A program made the translations under genes and the position numbers. From a virus (lineage: Duplodnaviria; Caudoviricetes), in the IMG/VR virus record IMGVR_UViG_3300044852_000053, positions 1 to 29,724 of that record: a stretch of DNA of 29,724 nt. One strand, written 5' to 3'. Below, in pieces: positions 8,404 through 15,642 of the stretch; within the stretch, counting starts at the first letter, position 1, and each line of letters starts with the position of its first letter. The notes under the pieces are model-generated. The model did no database searches. It saw nothing but the letters and a program-made list of their open reading frames with translations, and had not been told where the DNA came from.

Positions 8404-8604
8404 ATGCGAAAAAGCATCATCACGGCGGCCGCTACGGGCGCGTTATTACTTCTCACGGCCTGCGGGCCCGCTACGGCGCTTGACTGCCCTAGTGAGGACT
8501 ACAGCGGGCCCACGGCTTGCCACTGGGATGCAAGCAAGCAAGGTAACGGCCAGGGCCAGTCTTTTATGTGGACTGGATCCAAAGTCATCTACTCGAGCAA
8601 GTAA
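8404..8604 (+). CDS. Small lipoprotein
   Basis: MRKSIITAAATGALLLLTA|C lipobox; CPSED...CHWDASKQGNGQGQSF motif. Confidence 0.8.
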   Translation: MRKSIITAAATGALLLLTACGPATALDCPSEDYSGPTACHWDASKQGNGQGQSFMWTGSKVIYSSK

Positions 8605-8615
8605 GGACTAGGACA

Positions 8616-8729
8616 ATGGCAGACACAAAGACTCAGCACACCGGCCACGCGATCGTTATGCATGACTCATCTTGGAGCGGATGCCAGGACTGCGGCCGCT
8701 GGATCGATACCCGCCAGGACGCTTCCTAA
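8616..8729 (+). CDS. 37-aa protein with CxxC (not in the ORF track)
   Basis: AGGA RBS; MADTKTQHTGHAIVMHDSSWSGCQDCGRWIDTRQDAS; TAATG coupling to the next gene. Confidence 0.6.
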   Translation: MADTKTQHTGHAIVMHDSSWSGCQDCGRWIDTRQDAS

Positions 8730-8947
8730 TGGGTATCCGTTCCGCGCGGCGCCTCACCACAGCCGCGAACACTGCACACCTAGACATCCTCCGGCGCCGG
8801 CACGCCGCCTATTTGGACATGGCGGCCACGGCCAGGGCCAGGGCTGGGAAAGATCCGCAGTGGCACCAGCCGGCCGAGCTGGTTTGGTGCCTAGACCGGG
8901 CGGCAGACACTAGGACACTAATTGCGTGGGCTAAGAGCCGCGCGTAA
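8729..8947 (+). CDS. Hypothetical protein
   Basis: MGIRSARRL..., start overlaps the upstream stop. Confidence 0.65.
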   Translation: MGIRSARRLTTAANTAHLDILRRRHAAYLDMAATARARAGKDPQWHQPAELVWCLDRAADTRTLIAWAKSRA

Positions 8948-8991
8948 CCTCTCCACACTTTCAACCGTAACCAGAGTAAGGACTAAGACTA

Positions 8992-9435
8992 ATGTTCACA
9001 TTCAACAAGGATTACAGCGACTACGGCCAGGTAGAGCAGTTCCTACCCGCTTTCATGGCCCGCGCTGCAGAGCTCGCCGCGGCCGGCCAGTATCCCTACA
9101 ATGATTCATTCAAGGGCCACGTGCCAGGGATTGAAGGGCCGGACGAAGATTCCGCCATCTACATGCTCAAGGGCTTGGAAGACCTCAATAAGCAAAACGC
9201 CAAGATTGCGGAATTGCTCGCGGCCGGATTCGAGCACGTGACCACATTGAACAAGGTAAGCAAATTCCGGCGCGTCGTACTTTACCCAACTAATCGGATG
9301 GGCGGATCGTGGGCAGAGTTTGAAGACGCGCGCGTTATCCCTTACGAAGACGGGGCGCCGCGCGCGTTGCTCCCCAAGGGAAAGCGGACTAACGGGCACC
9401 TAGTGTCCGGCCGCGCAGTGCTCGCACTGGCATGA
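8992..9435 (+). CDS. Hypothetical protein
   Basis: 147-aa ORF, TAAGGA RBS. Confidence 0.8.
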   Translation: MFTFNKDYSDYGQVEQFLPAFMARAAELAAAGQYPYNDSFKGHVPGIEGPDEDSAIYMLKGLEDLNKQNAKIAELLAAGFEHVTTLNKVSKFRRVVLYPTNRMGGSWAEFEDARVIPYEDGAPRALLPKGKRTNGHLVSGRAVLALA

Positions 9436-9507
9436 GTTGCGCCGGACATTCCCGCTAGGACACGCGCCTAGCGGGTTTACCCGTTTCAACTAGCAAGGAG
9501 AGAGAGC

Positions 9508-9705
9508 ATGGCAGATACAGCAGCACTAGCGGCCGGTGTTTGGGCGGTGAACCATCCTGACGCGAGCGAACGGCGGCGCCTCATGGATGGGCACCGCATG
9601 CGACGGATAGAGCGCGAGCGCGCCGGCCTCATCACTACGGACCATTCAGCAGCGGATGCATGGATAGTGGAGCAGCACCACGCCGGCCAGGCACAAGGAG
9701 AGTAG
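9508..9705 (+). CDS. Hypothetical protein
   Basis: AAGGAG RBS; 65 aa. Confidence 0.7.
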   Translation: MADTAALAAGVWAVNHPDASERRRLMDGHRMRRIERERAGLITTDHSAADAWIVEQHHAGQAQGE

Positions 9706-9710
9706 AGACA

Positions 9711-9803
9711 ATGATCCGACGTAGGCAACCGCTAGGCGAGCTCCCACGGGGGATGTTACGCGCGGCCGGCCGCGGCTCCCGGGGACGGGGCGCGGCCAGG
9801 TGA
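9711..9803 (+). CDS. Possible 30-aa Arg-rich peptide
   Basis: AAGGAG upstream; MIRRRQPLGELPRGMLRAAGRGSRGRGAAR. Confidence 0.3.
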   Translation: MIRRRQPLGELPRGMLRAAGRGSRGRGAAR

Positions 9804-9941
9804 TGCGCCGGCGCGCCCGCATGGGGGATAGGCGCGCCGGCGAGACAGGGACGGCCGGCGATGGCGGCCAGCCACCAGCGGGGAGCCCCTAGGATTTCGG
9901 GGGAGGCCCGCTGGCTGTATCTTTGGGCCTTCTGTATTTTT

Positions 9942-9975
9942 GGGCGGCGCCGTTTTTCGCGGCGGCCGCCCTTTT
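9942..9975 (+). terminator. Intrinsic terminator closing the plus-strand island
   Basis: GGGCGGC...GCCGCCC stem followed by TTTT. Confidence 0.6.
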
Positions 9976-10014
9976 CTGTATCCCCAGGGCTGTATCACCT
10001 GGGGCTGTGCCTGC

Positions 10015-10371
10015 TCAGTTGGCGGCGTTCCAGCCTCCGGGCTGGTTGCGGGCCGTCTCCGTGTTGTGGCAGGACTCGCATAGGCCGCGGCCGTGCCGTG
10101 GGTCGTCTGGGTTCATGCCGAGTTGGATGAGGTCTTCGCGGCCTTTGGGGTAGTGGTCGGCGCGGGTGGAGACGGCGCACCTGCAGAGGACGCATACCGG
10201 GTCACGGTCGAGGACGGCGGCGCGGAAGATCCGGTGTCCCTTGGACGAGTAGGCGCGCGTCTTGTTCCAGTGTTCCTTGTTCGCGGCCTTGGTGTGGTCC
10301 GGGCAGCGGGAGCCTGTGGTGCCGTCGTGGATCGTGGGGCAGCCGGGCTTGGAACAGATGCGGGATGCCAT
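10015..10371 (-). CDS. Terminase-associated HNH endonuclease (HK97 gp74-like)
   Basis: CSKPGC; VLDRDPVCVLC...ADHYP...GRGLCESCHN. Confidence 0.88.
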   Translation of the reverse strand: MASRICSKPGCPTIHDGTTGSRCPDHTKAANKEHWNKTRAYSSKGHRIFRAAVLDRDPVCVLCRCAVSTRADHYPKGREDLIQLGMNPDDPRHGRGLCESCHNTETARNQPGGWNAAN

Positions 10372-10409
10372 CACGTCTCCATGCTCTCGGTGTGCCGGCC
10401 GGGCCGGGA

Positions 10410-10523
10410 GTGTTTCCAACGAGGGATTCCCAACGGCGTTTCCCAACGGCTGTTTGGCGACCCCCACGGGGCGACCCCCATTGGCGACCCCCAACGGGCA
10501 ACGGCTGGTGTGTTTCCAACGGC
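10410..10523. repeat. Short-unit repeat array in the late leader
   Basis: GTGTTTCCAACG x2, TTCCCAACGGC x2, GGCGACCCCCA x3. Confidence 0.85.
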
Positions 10524-10623
10524 GCCGGGGGCGGATGCCAGGTGCTTGTTAACGGGGGAAGGGCCGGCGCGTTTCCGCTACCGGCCCTCCCTCTCAGCTA
10601 CTCATCCCACTTGTACTAGAAGA

Positions 10624-11169
10624 CTACTCTGCACCGTTCGGAATGGCAACTATCGTCCCATGTGACACGCCGTGTCGGTCGGCGTTGTTATGGGTGAACA
10701 ATTCGAGGCGCCTAGCGACGATGGCTTCATTGGCTTCTTCCGCGGTAGCAAAGGTGCCCACTGAGTAAGTCCGGCCATTGTGCTTTACTCGTCCCTCCCA
10801 CGGCTTGTTGCGAAAGGGCTTCTTGTGGAAGACCACGCCTCGGTAGCCGGATGTGTTGGTGCTAAAGAGTCCGTTGATGTTCTCGATGTTCTGCTTAGGT
10901 GTTGCTAGCCGCAGATGTTCCGGCTTCACGCATGCCCTGTTATGGCAGATGTGGTCCACGAGCATGCCGTCAGGGATGGGCCCATTTGTGAGAGCGTAGG
11001 CGAGCCGGTGCGATCCGTACGGGCGCCTCTCGACATGGAAGACGCCGTAACCCTCGGGGATCTTGCCGGCTAACCAGTTCCAGCAGGCCGAGGTCTTCTC
11101 AACCTTGCTCCAAAACCTGGGCTCAATGTCCTGCAGCTTGGAGAGCAATTCTTCGTTTACACTAGGCAA
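10624..11169 (-). CDS. HNH endonuclease with AP2-like domain (free-standing homing type)
   Basis: RFWSKVEKT..CWNW; VDHICHNRACVKPEHL; NTSGYRGV...VGTFATAEEA. Confidence 0.9.
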   Translation of the reverse strand: MPSVNEELLSKLQDIEPRFWSKVEKTSACWNWLAGKIPEGYGVFHVERRPYGSHRLAYALTNGPIPDGMLVDHICHNRACVKPEHLRLATPKQNIENINGLFSTNTSGYRGVVFHKKPFRNKPWEGRVKHNGRTYSVGTFATAEEANEAIVARRLELFTHNNADRHGVSHGTIVAIPNGAE

Positions 11170-11248
11170 ATCGACTCCTTCAAAGTCGGTCGCGCCCCGG
11201 GACTTTCGCCAGTCGCCGGGGCTTCTCGTCCCCCTATTCTATCGCGTC

Positions 11249-11264
11249 CGTGCCATATGGCACG
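11249..11264. promoter_or_regulatory. 16-bp palindromic operator (perfect copy) beside a minus-strand TAGAAT -10
   Basis: CGTGCCATATGGCACG; -10 element at 11236-11241. Confidence 0.75.
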
Positions 11265-11267
11265 CGG

Positions 11268-12002
11268 TCATGGACTCATCTCGGCAACTGTTTTGAGGAT
11301 GTCTCCAACCCTGAAAATTCGGCCGCGCTGATCCGTCGTGAAAGCAACCTGTCCTCGGTCGGCCCATGAAGTCAGGGTCTTGAGTTTGATCTTCGTCCCT
11401 GCCATCTCAAGAGCTCGGAGGACCGTGGCTGCGTTCGCTGTAAAGTCCATGATCTTCTCCCGCTCGGCCTCCTGCAGGTCCGCAACGACATAAGAGACGT
11501 TGCATGGCTTGCATCGGACTTTCTCGTGCCCGGCCACCGTGTAGAGCGTCCCTAGGCAGATGACGCACTTGCCAGCGCGTATCCTCTCGGGGGGGAGGTC
11601 GATGGCCTTCGTGGTCTTGGTGTATGCGGTGAGGATCCGGTGGTGCCAGTCCACGGCTTCCGGGTGTTGGACTATTCGGGGCATCAGCCGGGCGAGCCAA
11701 GCACAAACTCCGGGGACGTCGCGGTCATTGTCCCTCGGCTGTACGCCTAGGCAGTGCTGCACTCGGATGGCAACGGACACGAGCTCGGCCCGAAGGATCA
11801 AGCGCGCATCGGATGCGCCGATGTTCACGGGCAGGGGCCGGTCGTCGTCGTTCTTCACAGACCCGCCCTGCCCTCCCGTGACGGACTGCTTCGCTATGGA
11901 CACCATCATCGTCGCCAGCCTGTCCGGGACGTCGCCCAGGATGTCGATGAAGGACTGCTGGTGATCGGCACATAGCGACGTCGAGCACTGGCATGTGTTC
12001 AT
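11268..12002 (-). CDS. Zn-finger/HTH DNA-binding protein, probable late transcription regulator
   Basis: CVIC/CKPC and C-terminal LKTLTSWADRG...IFRVGDIL wHTH; last gene of the early operon. Confidence 0.65.
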   Translation of the reverse strand: MNTCQCSTSLCADHQQSFIDILGDVPDRLATMMVSIAKQSVTGGQGGSVKNDDDRPLPVNIGASDARLILRAELVSVAIRVQHCLGVQPRDNDRDVPGVCAWLARLMPRIVQHPEAVDWHHRILTAYTKTTKAIDLPPERIRAGKCVICLGTLYTVAGHEKVRCKPCNVSYVVADLQEAEREKIMDFTANAATVLRALEMAGTKIKLKTLTSWADRGQVAFTTDQRGRIFRVGDILKTVAEMSP

Positions 12003-12196
12003 CTGTCCTCACATTCGCACGGCTTGACCAGCCAGCAAACGTTGCAGACATCCACCGGGCGGACGGGCCGCGCCGATCCCTCGCAGTCAGCGTGGACAAG
12101 GACATCATCCAGCGCGTAAGTGACAAGGTCCCCTGCGCGGATCCGCTCATCACATGTGCAGCATGTGCCGCCGTACTTCGCTTCAAACTCGCTCAT
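11999..12196 (-). CDS. Small Cys-rich protein
   Basis: FEAKYGGTCCTCDERI...HADC; 4-bp overlaps with neighbours. Confidence 0.7.
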   Translation of the reverse strand: MSEFEAKYGGTCCTCDERIRAGDLVTYALDDVLVHADCEGSARPVRPVDVCNVCWLVKPCECEDR

Positions 12197-12489
12197 CGCG
12201 TCCCCCTGTCGTCTTCGAGTCCCAGCCGTTCAATGATCTGCCGGTTCAGTTCGTTGGCCTGCCCGGAACGTGCCCGGGTGAGGGTCTGGTGGTAGGACCG
12301 CTCAACGTTCGCTTGGTAGGCGATCAGGTTCATGGTGCGCTGCTCGTAGGCGAGTGCAAGCGTGGCTTCCACCTGGGCGTCGAGGATGGCGGCCAAGCAC
12401 GTCGCATCCGTGGCCCCTTGCTCGGACTGCCACCCGTGGACGCCTTTTTGCCGGAACTTCGCTACTGCCGGGTGTGTGTTGTCGCTCAT
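12193..12489 (-). CDS. Hypothetical protein
   Basis: MSDNTHP start with AAGGAG; ATGA overlap. Confidence 0.7.
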   Translation of the reverse strand: MSDNTHPAVAKFRQKGVHGWQSEQGATDATCLAAILDAQVEATLALAYEQRTMNLIAYQANVERSYHQTLTRARSGQANELNRQIIERLGLEDDRGTR

Positions 12490-12713
12490 CGCGTCTCCTT
12501 GCATGTGTCTGGTTCGTCGCCGCGGAGTACCCGCTGCAACTCCCCAACGTTGATCCGGCCACACCCCCACTCGTTCTCGAGCAAGTAGAGCGCCTGCCGG
12601 TTGCGGCGTTCCGCTTCGCACACGGGGACGGGTGGCAGTTCGGCCCGGTCCTGCTGGGCCCGCGCTTGGGCCTCACGTAAAGATTCGATGTCGTCACGCA
12701 CGCTGCGGCTCAT
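12486..12713 (-). CDS. Hypothetical protein
   Basis: Translationally coupled 75-aa ORF. Confidence 0.65.
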   Translation of the reverse strand: MSRSVRDDIESLREAQARAQQDRAELPPVPVCEAERRNRQALYLLENEWGCGRINVGELQRVLRGDEPDTCKETR

Positions 12714-12844
12714 GCCCGCTCCTGTTTCTCGGCGTCGGTGAGGTCCTGGTAATGGCGTGCGGCTGGCTCCCAGGAGCGGGATTGCCGGATGTTCAGGTCC
12801 GGGAGCGGCGCATCATAATCAAACGGGGTGGGTGTGGCGGTCAT
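12710..12844 (-). CDS. Hypothetical protein
   Basis: MTATPTPFDY..., ATGA overlaps. Confidence 0.6.
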   Translation of the reverse strand: MTATPTPFDYDAPLPDLNIRQSRSWEPAARHYQDLTDAEKQERA

Positions 12845-13032
12845 GCTCCGTACCTGCTTTCGAATCTGTAGTCTTCCCATTTGCCTTCCGCGTATGCGTC
12901 GGCTTGATCTTGCGCGATCGCGGCCAGGCACGATTCGCACTGGTCGCAGTCGCCGGTTACGCAGTTGTCCTCCCCGTCGAACGGGTTCTTGTTCTCCCAC
13001 TGGCGCTCAGCGGACTGGAACCCCGGGATCAT
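12841..13032 (-). CDS. Hypothetical protein
   Basis: Coupled 63-aa ORF with a Cys cluster. Confidence 0.65.
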   Translation of the reverse strand: MIPGFQSAERQWENKNPFDGEDNCVTGDCDQCESCLAAIAQDQADAYAEGKWEDYRFESRYGA

Positions 13033-13448
13033 GCTCGGGCCGCCGTGAGTCGCCGGTTCTTGCGGGCTAGGCGGGCGGCGCGGCCGGCCAGATACCCATC
13101 AAGCTCAACCTTCGTCGCGGTCACATTGCCCTTGCCCTTCTTGTTGCACTCAAAGCACACGCCGTTGACACGCTTCCGGGTGCCCGGCGCCAGGCTCTTG
13201 TCGTCCGCGGAGCTCCTAGTCATCACCCCGCACCCCGGGGCCGGGCAGGGCAGGAGTGGGAAGCGGAGGCCGGCCGCGAGACTGTTCTTGCGCCGCACGG
13301 CGTCGTAGCAGAGCGAGCACTTGCCCTCGGACATGCGGAGCCTGGTCCCGGGGTAGTCGGCGGTTTTCATTTTGGAGGACCGGGTGATGTTGTCGCAGTC
13401 CGGGTTGGCGCACGGCGCGAGGCCGCTGCGCTTGGGGGTGGGTGACAT
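13029..13448 (-). CDS. Protein with two tandem Cys4 zinc-binding repeats
   Basis: CANPDC..TRSS..PGTR..CSLC and CPAPGC..TRSS..PGTR..CFEC; AAAGGA RBS. Confidence 0.75.
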   Translation of the reverse strand: MSPTPKRSGLAPCANPDCDNITRSSKMKTADYPGTRLRMSEGKCSLCYDAVRRKNSLAAGLRFPLLPCPAPGCGVMTRSSADDKSLAPGTRKRVNGVCFECNKKGKGNVTATKVELDGYLAGRAARLARKNRRLTAARA

Positions 13449-13575
13449 GGGTTTCCTTTCCTGCCCTTCTGAGGGCCGCAAATTGTTTGGGTGGGTGGTT
13501 GGGCCGGGCGCGCCCCGTTCGGCTCTCCTGCCCCGCATTCTGGGTCAGTGGTGCCATATGGGACGCGCCCGGACA

Positions 13576-13935
13576 CTAAACAGTGACGAACTTGAACACA
13601 ATCCGGGGTTCCCCGACGCCGCCGTGGCGCATGTCGGGCCCGATTACGTGCATGAAGTCATCGTCGGGCAGCCACGTCGCGTCAACGATGCCATCGAGAC
13701 ACGCCTTGGCCGTGGGGTAAAGATTCCCAGGGTCGTAATGGTTCGCGCGGGCCTTCCACACATGAGCCTCGATCCGTACCGGCTTCGGCAGGTCCGGGCG
13801 GGACATTGTGCGGGCCGCGATCTTCGCCGCCATCCGCCACTGTGCTGTGAGCTTCGCGGCCGCCATGCGGTGCTGCCGCTGGTTGCTGTTCAGCATCACG
13901 CACGGTGCGGGGATCGACAGTTCAGCGAGGATCAC
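13576..13935 (-). CDS. rusA: RusA-like Holliday junction resolvase
   Basis: DPGNLYPTAKACLDGIVDATWLPDDD catalytic pattern. Confidence 0.85.
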   Translation of the reverse strand: MILAELSIPAPCVMLNSNQRQHRMAAAKLTAQWRMAAKIAARTMSRPDLPKPVRIEAHVWKARANHYDPGNLYPTAKACLDGIVDATWLPDDDFMHVIGPDMRHGGVGEPRIVFKFVTV

Positions 13936-13937
13936 GT

Positions 13938-14456
13938 TCAGAACGGCGGGTCGGTGGGCCCGTTGCCCCACTCGCCGCCCGCTCCCTGTGGCGGGGTGGA
14001 CCAGTCGCCCTGTCCGCCTTTGTTGCCGCCCCACTGGCCGCCCTGCTGGCTGTTGCCGCCCTGCTGCTGGCCGCCGCCGTTGTTGCTGCGCTGGGTCCGG
14101 TTTACCTTCGCGTTCGCATACCGGAGGCTCGGCCCAATCTCGTCTACCTCGAGCTCGATGACGGTGCGCTTCTCGCCGGTCTTCTTGTCGTCATAGGACC
14201 GCTGCGTCAACCGGCCGGAGATGATGACGCGCATACCCTTCGTCAGGGATTCGGCCACGTTCTCTGCAGCTTCCCGCCAGATGGAGCACCGGAGGAACAA
14301 AGTGCTGCCGTCCTTCCACTCATTGGACTGCCGGTCGAACGTCCGCGGGGTAGACGCGATGGTGAAGTTCGCCACCGGGGATCCGCTCGGGGTGAAACGC
14401 ATCTCGGGATCCGACGTCAGATTCCCGATGACCGTGATAGTTGTTTCGCCTGCCAT
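13938..14456 (-). CDS. ssb: Single-stranded DNA-binding protein
   Basis: [25 protein letters not shown]...; C-terminal DPPF. Confidence 0.97.
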   Translation of the reverse strand: MAGETTITVIGNLTSDPEMRFTPSGSPVANFTIASTPRTFDRQSNEWKDGSTLFLRCSIWREAAENVAESLTKGMRVIISGRLTQRSYDDKKTGEKRTVIELEVDEIGPSLRYANAKVNRTQRSNNGGGQQQGGNSQQGGQWGGNKGGQGDWSTPPQGAGGEWGNGPTDPPF

Positions 14457-14458
14457 GT

Positions 14459-14722
14459 CTATGCCACTGCTTTCTGGTTGGTGTACTTCTCGAGGTTGGT
14501 CAGGACAAGGCCCTGCCAGTGGATGTCCGTCTCAGGGTCGCCGTTTGAGACGACGATGACTGGGACTCCCGTGTATCCCAAGGACTTGATCGCTGCGAGG
14601 TCCGCGGGGGATTCCTCCACGTTGACCTCCTGGAACGCGATATCCCGCTTCTCCCACCATGCCTTGATGCGCTTGCATGGCTGGCACTCCGGGCGGGAAT
14701 AAATGGTGATGGTCTTCGTCAT
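14459..14722 (-). CDS. nrdH: NrdH-like glutaredoxin
   Basis: [12 protein letters not shown]...LGYTGVPVI. Confidence 0.9.
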   Translation of the reverse strand: MTKTITIYSRPECQPCKRIKAWWEKRDIAFQEVNVEESPADLAAIKSLGYTGVPVIVVSNGDPETDIHWQGLVLTNLEKYTNQKAVA

Positions 14723-15069
14723 GCTGCTTCTTTCTTGGTTTGGGCGCGTCGTTCGCGCCGGTATTGGTTCGCGGCCAGCCTGCAGGGGTCGCATGGCTTC
14801 TCGCCGTTCCTGCGGTGCCCAATGGCGCCGGAATAGGTGCCGTGCTTCCACGTCTTCTTCGGGGCCCCGGCCTCGCGGGACCGTTCGTAAGCGAGCCGTG
14901 CTTCCTTGCAGGGGTCGCATGGCGGTTCGCCGTTCCGGTAGTGCCGGATCGCTGCGGCGTAGGTGCCGCATGGTTGTACCGGCTTCCGTGTCGGTGGCGT
15001 GGGCGGTTTGGGCGGGGCCTGCCACGGGTCGTCACCGCCGCGTTGCGCTCCCCGGTACTGGTAGCCCAT
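14719..15069 (-). CDS. Protein with tandem (C/H)GT..H.R.GE.PCDPC zinc-finger-like repeats
   Basis: Two internal repeats visible in the translation. Confidence 0.7.
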   Translation of the reverse strand: MGYQYRGAQRGGDDPWQAPPKPPTPPTRKPVQPCGTYAAAIRHYRNGEPPCDPCKEARLAYERSREAGAPKKTWKHGTYSGAIGHRRNGEKPCDPCRLAANQYRRERRAQTKKEAA

Positions 15070-15305
15070 CAGCCGTCAACCTGGTCCGGGCGGATCCCGT
15101 ACATTTCGGCCGTCGCGGCTATCAGCCGTTGCCGGCCAAGTTCCTTCGGTTCGAGGGACGCGCTTTTCAGGACTTCGAGGGCGGCCGTGGATGTCTGCAG
15201 TTTGGCGACAGCGCGCCGTACCTCTGCGAGGTCCCTTGCCACCAACTCAGCCTGCGCCGCCAGCGACTTCGTGGCCGTCGAATAGTCCGGGACTATCTCA
15301 ACCAT
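15069..15305 (-). CDS. Hypothetical coiled-coil protein
   Basis: MVEIVPDY start; fits operon packing. Confidence 0.6.
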   Translation of the reverse strand: MVEIVPDYSTATKSLAAQAELVARDLAEVRRAVAKLQTSTAALEVLKSASLEPKELGRQRLIAATAEMYGIRPDQVDG

Positions 15306-15642
15306 CAAGCACCGCCTTGTCCTTGGCCTTGAGGCCGTCCAGCCATTCACGCACCCACGGCGGCGGCGGCTCGACCCTCGGAGCCTCGATCGCTTTGGCG
15401 CTCCGCACGGCGGCCGCCCGGGTGGACTCAGCCTGGATGATCTTCCGCAACGCTGGCGGATCCACCGGAGGTCGGTACTCCACATCGCGGTTGTAGTAGA
15501 TTTCCAGCGCCGCCCATGCCTGGTTGAACGGGTAGTCCATGAGCCGCCGTGACCATAGTCCGGCCGTTGGTGCGTTCACCTGTACGCGCGGGTCGATCGC
15601 GTTCGCGCCGACCAGCAGCTTCTTCATCTCTGTTTCGTTCAC
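15298..15642 (-). CDS. Helicase loader/inhibitor-like protein (G39P-like)
   Basis: Immediately after the initiator (GTGA overlap); LL...IDPR...W...L..YPF..A..AL pattern. Confidence 0.55.
   Translation of the reverse strand: MNETEMKKLLVGANAIDPRVQVNAPTAGLWSRRLMDYPFNQAWAALEIYYNRDVEYRPPVDPPALRKIIQAESTRAAAVRSAKAIEAPRVEPPPPWVREWLDGLKAKDKAVLDG

Noticed and set aside
10015-10494. 159-aa ORF-track version of the HNH gene
   Set aside because: The N-terminal extension is just the translated repeat array; the GGAG RBS supports a start at 10371/10374
10410-10523. CRISPR array
   Set aside because: Units are 11-14 nt with no unique spacers and no cas genes
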